Origin: Hyphomicrobiales bacterium | GTDB taxonomy: Bacteria; Pseudomonadota; Alphaproteobacteria; MED-G09 | Length of the DNA stretch: 64,000 bases | Direction of reading: 5' to 3' | Assembly (NCBI GenBank): GCA_028339975.1 | Contig: JAOLDG010000008.1 | Span: forward strand, 2,154-66,153 | Part shown: positions 25,598-36,039 of the stretch, one piece after another | How the letters are laid out: the number at the start of each line of letters is the position of its first letter | How positions within the stretch are numbered: the first letter of the stretch is position 1 | Made by a program: the position numbers and the translations under genes | Notes under the pieces: generated by a model | What the model saw: only the letters and a program-made list of their open reading frames with translations | What the model was told of the DNA's origin: nothing | The model's database searches: none

Positions 25598-25975
25598 ATG
25601 AAAAGTATATTTATTATTACTTTTATTAATATTTTTGCTTCAAGCCTTTTAAATGCTGAAGTTGCAGAATCTTATAAGTGTAAACTTAAAGAGGGTGTTT
25701 CGAGAGATCAAATTATAAGTTTGGGTGAAAGCTATATAGCTGTTGGAAAAAAAGATAATATGGACTTTAAATTAAGTATTCTTTTTCCAATGTATTCTTC
25801 AGATATATCAAATGGAGTTTTTTATTGGAACGGAACATCTTCCTCTTTAGCTTCTTTAGAGGAAGCAGTTAAAATTTGGGAAAGCGAGAAAAATATCGAC
25901 GCAATCAATCGTTGGGTTGCGATAGTTGATAATTGCCAAAACGCTAGCTTGTTCTACTCATTCAAAGTTAACTAA
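25598..25975 (+). CDS. hypothetical secreted protein
   Basis: Has a signal peptide and is 125 aa. Confidence 0.35.
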   Translation: MKSIFIITFINIFASSLLNAEVAESYKCKLKEGVSRDQIISLGESYIAVGKKDNMDFKLSILFPMYSSDISNGVFYWNGTSSSLASLEEAVKIWESEKNIDAINRWVAIVDNCQNASLFYSFKVN

Positions 25976-25979
25976 TACA

Positions 25980-26579
25980 CTATGGAAGTGTTTTTTCTAC
26001 TACTGACTGCCTATATTTAATAACGTAGCTTTTTATTTTCCATATTTCTTTTAGATCCTTTTCTACTGAAAAAATATATCTAGCTGTGCCAGTGATTTTA
26101 GTATTATTTAAGGTTTCCTCGGGTAGGTTTAGTCTAGAGGTATCAAGAGGAACATACATTACGTATGTCTCAACAATTGCTGAGTTACTTGTTTGTTCTT
26201 TTATATTAAGATTTGAAATAAAGTGAAGAGGGCCAACATTATTTTTTAGGGCACTGGACCTAAGTCCCAACATAAACTCTCTAAAACCATCACCTTGAAT
26301 AGTGACAGGATCACTGTCGTTTGTATAAACAGTACATTTAATGTCTTTAGAAAAAAGCTTTAGATATTCACTAAAGTTATTGTGATCATAATCATCCGCA
26401 TAAGAGTTAACCAAATTGATTATTGCCAGCCTATCCTTTACATTGAAGTTGGTTTGTCCAGGATGTTTAAAGTCTTCTGATATGGCTATAGCCGGAACCA
26501 AGCTTAAAATTAAAAAAACCAAACAAAGTTTAGCAACTGAGGTTAGAAAGTGAAATTTTTTTGTATTAATTTTCATCAT
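25980..26579 (-). CDS. hypothetical secreted protein (NTF2-like?)
   Basis: Has a signal peptide and is 199 aa. Confidence 0.35.
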   Translation of the reverse strand: MMKINTKKFHFLTSVAKLCLVFLILSLVPAIAISEDFKHPGQTNFNVKDRLAIINLVNSYADDYDHNNFSEYLKLFSKDIKCTVYTNDSDPVTIQGDGFREFMLGLRSSALKNNVGPLHFISNLNIKEQTSNSAIVETYVMYVPLDTSRLNLPEETLNNTKITGTARYIFSVEKDLKEIWKIKSYVIKYRQSVVEKTLP

Positions 26580-26638
26580 ATTTGATTACCTTATTTGAGA
26601 TTTTACGATCTATCAAAATTTTATTAAAGGAAAGTAGC

Positions 26639-27436
26639 ATGCAATTCAATGATTACAAGACTATTAAGTTTGAAAGAAATGAAAGGATACTGACTGTAAC
26701 TTTAAATCTTCCTGAAACTATGAATGCTGTTGGTGAAGAGTTACATACAGAATTATCTAAACTTTTTTATGACCTGCAAACGGATAAAGTTAGCGATATT
26801 ATTATCCTAACAGGTGCTGGAAAGGCCTTTAGCGCTGGAGGTGATGTTGATCAAATGAAAAAAAATAATGAATCGAAAGATCTTGATACAAATCAATTAG
26901 TAGAGGCAAAAAAAATGATCTTTGGATTGTTGGATCTTGAGAAACCTATTATAGCAAAAATTAATGGTGATGCTATGGGTTTGGGTGCAACAATTGCATT
27001 ATTTTGTGATATTATTTTTGCTAACGAAGAGGCTAGAATTGCCGACCCGCATGTCAGCGTAGGAATTGTTGCTGGAGATGGTGGAGCTGTAATATGGCCT
27101 CAATTAATCGGCTATGCTAGAGCAAAACACTATTTGATGACTGGCTCTATGATAAAAGGAAAAGAAGCTGCTGAAATTGGGTTAATTAACTTTTCATTGC
27201 CGTTATCTGATCTGGATGAAAAAGTAGATTCCTATGCAAGAAAACTTTCATTAGGATCCACAGATGCTATTAGATGGACAAAAGTTGCAGTCAATATAGG
27301 TTTAAAACAACTTGCCAGCAGTATAATGGATGTTGGTCTTGGCTATGAAGCTATCACAATTCGCTCCTCTGACCATGCTGAGGGTATTGCTTCTTTCCTA
27401 GAAAAACGTAAACCAAACTATGGTTCAAGAAAATAA
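26639..27436 (+). CDS. enoyl-CoA hydratase/isomerase (crotonase) family protein
   Basis: Has the crotonase oxyanion-hole motifs (GAGKAFSAGGDV, GDAMGLGATIALFCD). The start is chosen at the Met at 26639. Confidence 0.75.
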   Translation: MQFNDYKTIKFERNERILTVTLNLPETMNAVGEELHTELSKLFYDLQTDKVSDIIILTGAGKAFSAGGDVDQMKKNNESKDLDTNQLVEAKKMIFGLLDLEKPIIAKINGDAMGLGATIALFCDIIFANEEARIADPHVSVGIVAGDGGAVIWPQLIGYARAKHYLMTGSMIKGKEAAEIGLINFSLPLSDLDEKVDSYARKLSLGSTDAIRWTKVAVNIGLKQLASSIMDVGLGYEAITIRSSDHAEGIASFLEKRKPNYGSRK

Positions 27437-27498
27437 ATTAGTGTTACTTATTTAGTTTTTATGCTATTATTATTTCATTAAAAAATTGTTTACAAAAA

Positions 27499-28515
27499 AT
27501 GGGGAAACACATGTCTGAAACTTTTAAAAAACTAGTTGCAAATAAATACACAAAGGATTTCCGTGATGCTGGTGAAGTTATTGAGGTTCCCTTGGAACAA
27601 CCTGGGGCAAGGCAGATATTAATGCGTAACCATTTTGGTGGTGTTAATGCATCAGATGTAAATATTAGTGGTGGAGTATATTTTTCTGACGGATCCTTTC
27701 CATTCGACCTTGGGTGCGAATCTATTGGTGAAGTTGTTGCTGTCGGCGAAGATGTTACTGAGTTTTCTATAGGAGACAGTATTGTTTCACCTTGGCTTGG
27801 AAGTGCTTATACCGAAATGCTTTGTCGTAGTGTTGATGAAGGTGAGTTCGTTAAAGTACCTAAATGTACGCCAGCATATATGGGCGCAGCTGTTGCAGGC
27901 CTTACTGCATCAATTGGCCTCAAAGAGGCTGGAGAAATGGGCACGGGGGAAACTATTCTAATTACTGGTGCTGCTGGTGGTGTAGGTAACTGGTGTGTTC
28001 AAATTGCAAAGCTAGCCGGTAATCATGTTATTGGGACATGTAGTTCTGAAGAAAAGGCTAAGGAATTAAAAAGATTGGGTTGCGATAGGGTTATTATTTA
28101 TACAAAGGAAAATTTAGGCGAAGTGTTGTCCTCTGAGTACCCTGATGGAATAAATTTGATTTTTGAACAGATTGGAACAGATACTTTTGACGCATGTGTT
28201 GATAATTTAGCAACAAGAGGGCGTTTATTAATTTGCGGTTTTGTTTCTGAGTATATGGGTGATCCCCAAGAAGTGCTTGCTCCAAGAATTTATCACAAAC
28301 TATTATGGAAATCTGCTCAACTTAGAGCATTTTTATACAAAGATTGGCCTGACAAAGTATCTAGTCATATCAAAGATTTAGTTCAATTAGTTGATAGTGG
28401 AAAGATTGATCCATTGGTCGATAACACCCTTTTTAAAGGTGTTGATAGCTGTATAGATGCTGTAGAATATTTACATAGTGGCAAAAACATTGGCAAGGTT
28501 GTAGTTACATATTAA
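27499..28515 (+). CDS. MDR-family NADPH:quinone oxidoreductase / zinc-type alcohol dehydrogenase-like
   Basis: Has a GroES-like N-terminal domain and the GAAGGVG Rossmann motif. Confidence 0.7.
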   Translation: MGKHMSETFKKLVANKYTKDFRDAGEVIEVPLEQPGARQILMRNHFGGVNASDVNISGGVYFSDGSFPFDLGCESIGEVVAVGEDVTEFSIGDSIVSPWLGSAYTEMLCRSVDEGEFVKVPKCTPAYMGAAVAGLTASIGLKEAGEMGTGETILITGAAGGVGNWCVQIAKLAGNHVIGTCSSEEKAKELKRLGCDRVIIYTKENLGEVLSSEYPDGINLIFEQIGTDTFDACVDNLATRGRLLICGFVSEYMGDPQEVLAPRIYHKLLWKSAQLRAFLYKDWPDKVSSHIKDLVQLVDSGKIDPLVDNTLFKGVDSCIDAVEYLHSGKNIGKVVVTY

Positions 28516-28527
28516 TTGGGGGTTATA

Positions 28528-29925
28528 ATGGCAAACGGAAAAATACAAAAAATTTCAGAGAGATCTCCTTTTGAAAGTTATGAGGATATTTTAAATAACG
28601 ATACTGTGCCTTCGCCAGATTATCTTAAGGAAGGGCCAAATCCTGATATTAAGTCTGATCCAATTTCTGCGTCTCGTTACCATGATCAGGATTTTTTTAA
28701 TAAAGAGGTTAAGTATGTTTGGCCCAAAGTATGGCAATGGGTGTGTAGAGAGGAAGATATTCCAAATATTGGGGATCATCATATTTTTAATAATGTTGGT
28801 AAATCTTTGATAATCGTAAGAACTAAAGAAAAAGAAATTAAAGCTTTAGTGAATTCCTGCCTTCATAGAGGACGTCAGATTCTGGCTGATGATGGTAACC
28901 TTGATGAGTTTCGATGCGCATTTCATGGCTTATCCTGGAATTTTGATGGAACATTTAAAGAAAACCCTTTTGGTTGGGATTGTCCCCAGTGGAATGGAGG
29001 TGCACCGGATCTTCCTGAGGCTAAGGTTGAACTTTGGGGTGGGTTTGTATTTGTAAATATGGATTTAGATGCAGCTCCCTTGTCAACTGTTTTAGGCCCA
29101 ATGTCTGCTCATTTTGAAAGGTATGATCTTTCAAATAGATATAAAGCTGCGCACATATCAAAGAAAATTAATGCTAATTGGAAGCTTAGCACTGAGGCCT
29201 TTATGGAAAGTCATCATGTTCTTGGTACTCACCCTCAAGGCCTTCCTATGACCGGTGATATTAATAGTCAATATGATACATGGAATGATTATGTTGGGAG
29301 GCAATTATCAGCTCATACTGTAAAGAGCCCTCATATTAAACATGATATTTCTGAGCAAGAAATTTTTAATGCATTTACAGGAGCTGATCATGATTTAGAT
29401 AAAAATCCTGAAATGCGTGTTCCTGAAGGAGTAACTGCAAGAACTTTTACCGCACAAATGTTTAGAGATAATTTATCTAATGAAACTGGATATGATTATA
29501 GTCATGCAGGTGACGCTGAGATGGTTGACTCCCTTATATATAATGTCTTTCCTAACTATAGTATTTGGGCTGGTATGACATTTAATACAATTTATCGTTT
29601 TAGGCCAAACGGACTTGATCCCAATACATCAATTATGGATATTGTTTTGCTAAAACCAGTTCCAAAGAATGGTCCTCGCCCTGAACCAGCAAGCATTAAG
29701 CATCTCGATTTCCATGAGCCTGTAACGGATGCATCTGATGAACTTGGTGCTGGACTTGCTATGGTTTTTGAACAAGATGCAATTAATTTGCCTTATGTTC
29801 ATGATGGTTTAAGGGCTAGCGGTACACAAAAAGTTGAATTTTCTAACTACATGGAAAAAAGATTAAGGATGCATCATATTATGCACGATAGGCTTATAAA
29901 AGAAGGCGAGTCAAAAGAGGGCTAG
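28528..29925 (+). CDS. Rieske [2Fe-2S] non-heme iron oxygenase alpha subunit
   Basis: Has the Rieske motif CLHRGRQI...CAFHGLSW (CxH-x17-CxxH) and a C-terminal catalytic domain with His ligands. Confidence 0.75.
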   Translation: MANGKIQKISERSPFESYEDILNNDTVPSPDYLKEGPNPDIKSDPISASRYHDQDFFNKEVKYVWPKVWQWVCREEDIPNIGDHHIFNNVGKSLIIVRTKEKEIKALVNSCLHRGRQILADDGNLDEFRCAFHGLSWNFDGTFKENPFGWDCPQWNGGAPDLPEAKVELWGGFVFVNMDLDAAPLSTVLGPMSAHFERYDLSNRYKAAHISKKINANWKLSTEAFMESHHVLGTHPQGLPMTGDINSQYDTWNDYVGRQLSAHTVKSPHIKHDISEQEIFNAFTGADHDLDKNPEMRVPEGVTARTFTAQMFRDNLSNETGYDYSHAGDAEMVDSLIYNVFPNYSIWAGMTFNTIYRFRPNGLDPNTSIMDIVLLKPVPKNGPRPEPASIKHLDFHEPVTDASDELGAGLAMVFEQDAINLPYVHDGLRASGTQKVEFSNYMEKRLRMHHIMHDRLIKEGESKEG

Positions 29926-29977
29926 TAATTTTTAAATTAACCAGTATCTTCTACGTTAACTTGAATTGGAGCTAACT

Positions 29978-30334
29978 ATGGAAAAAACTGAAATTATTAT
30001 TACGGCAGTATTTGATTTTCCTCCTGAAAATATAGACAAAATTATTAAAACATCTAAAGATTTAATTGATGGAGCTCTTGATGAGGTGGGGTGTCAGGCT
30101 TACAGCTGGACCTTAGATCCTTATAAACCTGGACGCATATGGGTTATGGAGCGTTGGGAGACAGAACAGTCTTTAAAAGATCACTTTGATAGTAACTGGT
30201 ATAAAGATATGAGCGCAAATCTTAACGCCTCTGGTTTATTGGGAGGCGATGCTTTGAAATATAAAATTAGTAAACAAGAACCCGTTTATGATGAATCAGG
30301 TGTTCCTAGAGCTGACTTTTTTAGTAAGGATTAA
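29978..30334 (+). CDS. ABM-domain putative monooxygenase
   Basis: ~118 aa with an ABM-like fold pattern. It is co-oriented in the Rieske cluster. Confidence 0.45.
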   Translation: MEKTEIIITAVFDFPPENIDKIIKTSKDLIDGALDEVGCQAYSWTLDPYKPGRIWVMERWETEQSLKDHFDSNWYKDMSANLNASGLLGGDALKYKISKQEPVYDESGVPRADFFSKD

Positions 30335-30337
30335 ATT

Positions 30338-30796
30338 ATGAGCGATAAAGAAGAAATTAGAAATTTAGTAGAAAAATATGCCGATGCTGTTTGTCGTCGT
30401 GATGAGGCTGATTGGTCGTCTACATGGCATGATAATGCTATATGGAGCCTTGGAAGTATTCCTCCGGTTGAAGGTAAGGAGGCTATTGTAGGTCTTTGGG
30501 TTCAAGCTATGACCGGCTTTCCATTTGTAGCTCAGCTTATTCAAAATGGAACTGTTGAAGTTAATGGAGATAAAGCAATGGGTCGCTGGTACATTACAGA
30601 ACATCTTCAATTTCCAGAAAAAGATACGGAAGGAAATCCTACAGGCATGTTTAATATTGGTGTTTATCAAGATAAATATATAAAAGAGAATGGAAAATGG
30701 CTTTTTTCTGAAAGACATTATGGTGTTATTTATAATGATGATGGGAAAGGAAATATGTCAGGTACTGGAAACCCTTACCCAGAACTTATTAAATAA
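30338..30796 (+). CDS. SnoaL-like / NTF2-fold protein
   Basis: LVEKYADAVCRRDEADWSSTWHDNAIW is typical of the SnoaL_2/DUF4440 family. It lies 3 nt downstream of the previous gene. Confidence 0.5.
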   Translation: MSDKEEIRNLVEKYADAVCRRDEADWSSTWHDNAIWSLGSIPPVEGKEAIVGLWVQAMTGFPFVAQLIQNGTVEVNGDKAMGRWYITEHLQFPEKDTEGNPTGMFNIGVYQDKYIKENGKWLFSERHYGVIYNDDGKGNMSGTGNPYPELIK

Positions 30797-31675
30797 TTAG
30801 AATTCTTTAAAATCTTTCCCTAGCGGTATTTCTTTAGAAACCCAAAATGGATTAATTTTATAAGTAATATCTCTTAGGTATTTTGATAATTCTGTATTTG
30901 TTAGGCTTTCATCAATTTGATCGTATCGAATTGGATCACCAATGATTACAGGCACCTCAGTATTAACCCTTCTTTTAACTTCGTGAAAAAGTAAAGAAGA
31001 CCTGAGTGTTTCACTTAGATGACTTGCTGTTTGAAAGAGAAAGCTATTTTGACCCGTAAAATGCAAGGGGAGAATCGTTGGCTTTGATCTTTTTATTAAA
31101 CGCGACGTGAAGTTTCTCCACTCAGGATCTAGAGCAGTCTTATTATAGAATTTCTTAGTTGTTGATACTGTTCCACCAGGAAAAACAACAATTGTTCCGC
31201 CGTCATCTAAAATCTTACGTGCAGTTTTTCTTGTTTCAAGATTTGTTTTCATGGCATCTTTGCTTTCACTAAAATCAATGGGAAGAAGGTGATTTCTTGT
31301 TTCGGGCGCCCTTAATAGCATTGAATGAGTTAAAACTTTAAATTCAGATCTTATTTTGCTTGTTAGCCAGCATATTATTAAACCGTCAAGAACACCAAAG
31401 GGGTGGTTTGCCACTATCATTAATGGACCATCTTTTGGAACATTTTTAATTTTTTCTATGTCAAATTTAACATTTAACTCTAATAATTCAACACAACCAT
31501 CCCAGAAGCTCTCCCATCTATCAGGATTTTTTTGATATTCTTTATAGATGTTGTAAAGGTAGGGTTGCCCTGAGAAAAACTCTATTGATCTTATTAATGC
31601 CTTTCTATGAATAGGATCATCTGGGCTTGCATAGCTAAAGTATTTTGTATCTAAGTATTCCATTAAAGATCCCAA
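30797..31675 (-). CDS. lysophospholipid acyltransferase (PlsC-like) family protein
   Basis: Has the HX4D motif (ANHPFGVLDG) and a VFPGGT motif (equivalent to FPEGT). Confidence 0.6.
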   Translation of the reverse strand: MGSLMEYLDTKYFSYASPDDPIHRKALIRSIEFFSGQPYLYNIYKEYQKNPDRWESFWDGCVELLELNVKFDIEKIKNVPKDGPLMIVANHPFGVLDGLIICWLTSKIRSEFKVLTHSMLLRAPETRNHLLPIDFSESKDAMKTNLETRKTARKILDDGGTIVVFPGGTVSTTKKFYNKTALDPEWRNFTSRLIKRSKPTILPLHFTGQNSFLFQTASHLSETLRSSLLFHEVKRRVNTEVPVIIGDPIRYDQIDESLTNTELSKYLRDITYKINPFWVSKEIPLGKDFKEF

Positions 31676-32433
31676 AAATTATTCTTCGTTTTTTTATTTT
31701 TCCCAAGTTTTGGGATGTGTTTAAGCGAAGATTCTTTTTTAATATTTTCTAAAATATATGATTTTCTATCATTATGTCCAAAGATTTTTGTATCCTTTTT
31801 TTTAAAAAAAGGAGTGAGGATTACACCACAGATAAAACCACCCACGTGTGCTGAATATGCTACACCTGAAACACCTTGATCAAAAACATTCATAACCTGT
31901 AGGCCTATCCATACACTTATTACTATAAAAGCTGGGATTTTCAATATTTTTACAAAAATAACAACCCAGGCAAAAACAAATATTTTTGCCCTAGGATACA
32001 ATACTATATAAGCTCCCAATGTGCCGGCTATTGCCCCACTTGCTCCTATCATAGGAACATTACTCTCAGTATTAAAAAGTATTTGTGCTATTACGGCCCC
32101 AACTCCACAAAGTATATAGAATAATATAAAATTAAATCTACCAAACTCATCCTCGACATTATCTCCAAAAATCCATAAATAAAGGAGGTTTCCACCAAGG
32201 TGCATTAGACCTCCATGAAGAAACATTGAGCTAATTGAGGAATACCAGTAAATAAAGGTTTGATTTGTAAGAAGTATAGGTGTTGCACCATAGTTTTTAA
32301 TTAGAAATATTTCTTGGTTTTGACTTAACGAAGATTGAAATAAATAAACCAAACAACATATACCAATTATAATAAATGATATTATTGGAGTAGATTTTGT
32401 TGGGTTATCATCTTTAAAAGGGAAAAAAAACAT
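31663..32433 (-). CDS. rhomboid family intramembrane serine protease
   Basis: Has the GASGAIAG catalytic-Ser motif and a downstream His (AHVGGF), with 6 TM helices. Confidence 0.75.
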   Translation of the reverse strand: MFFFPFKDDNPTKSTPIISFIIIGICCLVYLFQSSLSQNQEIFLIKNYGATPILLTNQTFIYWYSSISSMFLHGGLMHLGGNLLYLWIFGDNVEDEFGRFNFILFYILCGVGAVIAQILFNTESNVPMIGASGAIAGTLGAYIVLYPRAKIFVFAWVVIFVKILKIPAFIVISVWIGLQVMNVFDQGVSGVAYSAHVGGFICGVILTPFFKKKDTKIFGHNDRKSYILENIKKESSLKHIPKLGKNKKTKNNFWDL

Positions 32434-32563
32434 TATAATCCAAATAGTTAATAATCAATTCTAACAAAAATTTTAAGTTACATAATGAAACAAGAGTTTA
32501 TTTCAATTTAGGCATGATTCATTAGATATTAGTCAATTATATTACATAGGCATTATTTCAAAT

Positions 32564-33916
32564 ATGAAAGATAAAAATATAGCTATAATACTTGCCGCTG
32601 GCAAGGGCTCGAGGATGAATTCATCTATACCAAAGCCTTTGCAAGAGGTTGCTGGAAGATCAATTCTTGATCATATTCTTTATAATATTAAGTCGGCTGG
32701 CTTTGATGAGACAATCGTTGTTATCAATAAAGATCATTTAAACTTTTTTGAATATTTAAATGCTTCAGATGAAAATATTAAAATTTCATTTCAGGAAAAT
32801 CAGTTAGGAACAGGCGATGCTGTAAAGTCTGGTCTAATTGGTCACGATTTATCTGAGGTAAATAATGTCTTAGTAGTTTTTGGCGACACCCCTCTACTCA
32901 CAAAAGAAACATTAGAAAATTTATATGAGTCTAATAATCAGAATAACCTCTCTGTACTTGGGTTTTTTGCTGATGAGCCTGGTAGGTATGGAAGGCTTAT
33001 TACAAAAGGAAATTCTTTAATAAAAATTGTTGAAGCTCTCGATGCTAACGATGAGGAAAAAAATATAAAACTCTGCAATGGCGGTGTAATGATGGTTAAA
33101 GCAAAAAACCTTAATGAGCGCCTTTCTTTAATGGGAAGTGATAACGCAAAAAATGAAATTATTCTTTCTGATTTAGTAGAAATAACAAATAACTCTGGGG
33201 AAAGCTCTGCCTATATTGAATGTTCTCATGAGGAAACTTTAGGTGTTGATACAAAAAAAGGTCTCAGTAAGGCTGAAAAAATCTATCAAAATCGATTAAG
33301 AGATGGCTTTATGAGCAATGGAACAACAATGTTAGATCCTGAGACGGTATTTTTTTCTTGGGACACATCCGTGGGAAAGGATGTAACAATTGGAGCAAAT
33401 ATTGTTTTTGGAGCAAATGTTATAATTGAAGATGGCGTTACCATTAACTCATTTTGCTCAATAGAGAGCTCTATTATAAAAGAAGGGGCATCTGTCGGCC
33501 CTTTTAGTCGTTTAAGAAATGGCGCTGAAATTGGTAAAAATTCGAAAATTGGAAATTTTGTAGAAATCAAAAACTCTTCTTTAAAAAGCGAGGTTAAGGT
33601 AAGCCATTTATCTTATATTGGAGATGCAGATATTGATGACAATGCAAATATTGGCGCTGGAACTATCACATGTAATTTTGATGGTACTAATAAAAACAAA
33701 ACTGTTATTGGCAAAAGAGCTTTTATTGGCTCAAATTCATCCTTAATCGCACCAATTAATATTGGTGATGATGCTAATATTGCTGCTGGATCTTCTATTT
33801 CAAAAGATGTAGAACCCGGATTTCTGGCAATAACAAGATCTCCAATAAAATTTATAAGTAATTGGTCAAAAAAAATTAAAAGAACAAATAATGAGGAAGA
33901 AAAATGTGTGGAATAA
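32564..33916 (+). CDS. glmU: bifunctional N-acetylglucosamine-1-phosphate uridyltransferase / glucosamine-1-phosphate acetyltransferase
   Basis: The N-terminus carries LAAGKGSRM, and the C-terminal domain has left-handed beta-helix hexapeptide repeats. The gene is followed by glmS. Confidence 0.85.
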   Translation: MKDKNIAIILAAGKGSRMNSSIPKPLQEVAGRSILDHILYNIKSAGFDETIVVINKDHLNFFEYLNASDENIKISFQENQLGTGDAVKSGLIGHDLSEVNNVLVVFGDTPLLTKETLENLYESNNQNNLSVLGFFADEPGRYGRLITKGNSLIKIVEALDANDEEKNIKLCNGGVMMVKAKNLNERLSLMGSDNAKNEIILSDLVEITNNSGESSAYIECSHEETLGVDTKKGLSKAEKIYQNRLRDGFMSNGTTMLDPETVFFSWDTSVGKDVTIGANIVFGANVIIEDGVTINSFCSIESSIIKEGASVGPFSRLRNGAEIGKNSKIGNFVEIKNSSLKSEVKVSHLSYIGDADIDDNANIGAGTITCNFDGTNKNKTVIGKRAFIGSNSSLIAPINIGDDANIAAGSSISKDVEPGFLAITRSPIKFISNWSKKIKRTNNEEEKCVE

Positions 33917-35733
33917 TTGGCTTAGTAAGCAATAAAGAGGTTTCCTCTACATTACTTGAAGGATTAAAGAGGCTTGAATATCGAGGCTATGATTCATCGG
34001 GTATAGCCACAATCAATGATAATAAGATTGAAAGAGTTCGATCAAAAGGTAATTTAAGCTTTTTAGAGGAAAAGCTTCTTAATACAACTTTGCCTGGAAA
34101 TATTGGAATAGGTCATACTCGATGGGCAACCCACGGGACGCCAGAAGAAAAAAATGCTCATCCTCATATTACAGATAAGGTAGCAATCGTTCACAATGGT
34201 ATCATTGAAAACAATAATCAGTTAAGAAATCAACTAATTGAGTCTGGAGTTGAGTTTTCTAGCGATACAGATACCGAGGTTGTATGCCATGTCTTAACGT
34301 CTTATCTTAATTCAGGCTTAAACGCCTATGATTCAGTTAGAGCAACAATGAATGATATTAGAGGTACATATGCTCTTGGGGTTTTAGTTCTTAATGATCC
34401 AGATAAGCTTTATGCTGTTAGGGGAGGTAGCCCTATAGCCATTGGTTCTGCTGAAAATCAAAATTTTATTGGATCAGATACTTACTCTTTGAGCGCTTAT
34501 TCAAATAATATAACCTACCTAAAGGATGGTGATATTGCTGTAATTGAAAGTAATTCTTATGATATTTATGATCATTCAGATTCCCCAGCTATTCGAGAAA
34601 AACAAAACATTATTGAAAGCGTAACACTTGCCGAAAAAGGAATTTTTAAACATTTTATGTCAAAGGAAATACACGAACAACCAGAAGTTGTTAGTAAATC
34701 TTTAGCAAATTATATAGATATGGATAGCAGTACACTTAATATGCCAAATTTACCTTATGATTTATCGAGTATTAGTAATGTTACTTTAGTTGCTTGTGGA
34801 AGTTCATTTTACGCAGGATTGATATCAAGAGATTGGTTTGAGAAGTTCACAAATGTTAAGGTTGATGTTGAGATAGCTTCAGAGTTTCGATACAGAGAAC
34901 CACCTATGGATGTTAACGGCTTAACTGTATTCATTTCTCAATCTGGAGAAACTGCTGATACTTTAGCTGCACTTAGACACTGTAAATCTCTTGGACAAAA
35001 AACAATTTCAATTGTCAATGTTGGTGATTCATCAATGTGTAGAAATTCGGATTCTTCTCTAAAGATTTATGCTGGACCTGAAATTGGTGTGGCATCAACA
35101 AAAGCCTTCACATGTCAGCTAGTTGTTCTTGCTTGTTTGGCTATTAAGATAGGCGTTTCAAATGGGTCTTTGAGTACTGAACAAGAAAAAGAATATGTTC
35201 AGTCTTTGTTGTCTGTTCCAAGACTGATATCAAACACTCTTGATAAAGAAGATGAGATTATTGATCTTGCTCATGGACTTTCCAATATTTCAACAACATT
35301 GTATCTCGGAAGAGGGCAAATGTATCCAGTAGCAATGGAAGGTGCCTTAAAACTAAAAGAGATTTCGTATGTTCATGCAGAAGGTTATCCTGCGGGAGAG
35401 ATGAAGCATGGCCCTATCGCGCTTCTTGAAAAAGATCTTCCAGTGTTTATGATGGCTCCAACCAATAAGCTTTATGAAAAAACTATATCAAATTTAAATG
35501 AAGTTATCGCAAGAGATGCGTCTGTTATTTTATTAACCGATGAAGAGGGTCTCAAAAATATAGGATATTTAGCAGGTAAGGTTAAAACGTTTATTTTGGA
35601 TAAGACTGACTTTATAACTGCTCCTTTTGTTTATACACTTCCTAATCAGTTAATTGCTTATCATATAGCTCTTCTTAAGGGTACCGATGTTGATCAGCCA
35701 AGAAATTTAGCGAAATCCGTAACGGTAGAGTAG
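33904..35733 (+). CDS. glmS: glutamine--fructose-6-phosphate aminotransferase
   Basis: MCGIIG at the N-terminus places Cys at position 2 (Ntn amidotransferase). There are two SIS domains. The gene overlaps the glmU 3' end by 13 nt. Confidence 0.9.
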   Translation: MCGIIGLVSNKEVSSTLLEGLKRLEYRGYDSSGIATINDNKIERVRSKGNLSFLEEKLLNTTLPGNIGIGHTRWATHGTPEEKNAHPHITDKVAIVHNGIIENNNQLRNQLIESGVEFSSDTDTEVVCHVLTSYLNSGLNAYDSVRATMNDIRGTYALGVLVLNDPDKLYAVRGGSPIAIGSAENQNFIGSDTYSLSAYSNNITYLKDGDIAVIESNSYDIYDHSDSPAIREKQNIIESVTLAEKGIFKHFMSKEIHEQPEVVSKSLANYIDMDSSTLNMPNLPYDLSSISNVTLVACGSSFYAGLISRDWFEKFTNVKVDVEIASEFRYREPPMDVNGLTVFISQSGETADTLAALRHCKSLGQKTISIVNVGDSSMCRNSDSSLKIYAGPEIGVASTKAFTCQLVVLACLAIKIGVSNGSLSTEQEKEYVQSLLSVPRLISNTLDKEDEIIDLAHGLSNISTTLYLGRGQMYPVAMEGALKLKEISYVHAEGYPAGEMKHGPIALLEKDLPVFMMAPTNKLYEKTISNLNEVIARDASVILLTDEEGLKNIGYLAGKVKTFILDKTDFITAPFVYTLPNQLIAYHIALLKGTDVDQPRNLAKSVTVE

Positions 35734-36039
35734 TTTATAACCGTTATTCGGTAAAAACTTTATCCTTGAACATTAGTTTTAGAAAAGTAACTAATCCGCT
35801 AAAAAAAAGCGACCATTATTAACTCATCAAGTTTATCCTTTTTATGAAAATAATGAAGAAAGAATATCAATTGCAGGTAACTTAGGGGTAATAGAGGTTA
35901 ACAATTAAAATAATTAATTAAATTCGAAGTCAATATGGTTGGTAACTGTTAAAAGCAACTTCTTAACAGTGGAGTGATCTAATCATTTAATTAGTAGGTT
36001 TTTCTGTTCAAATATTAAATTTCATCCTATCTTAATAAT

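Noticed and set aside
28094-28782. Antisense track ORFs inside the MDR oxidoreductase and Rieske genes
   Set aside because: They lie opposite well-supported CDSs and are spurious.
35734-36039. Long (~300 nt) intergenic region after glmS, considered as a possible glmS ribozyme or riboswitch
   Set aside because: glmS ribozymes sit upstream of glmS. Here glmS overlaps glmU directly. The region has only weak hairpins (ACCG...CGGT, CTGTTAA...TTAACAG), is AT-rich, and has no recognisable riboswitch consensus. It is more likely the promoter/UTR of the KAS III gene.
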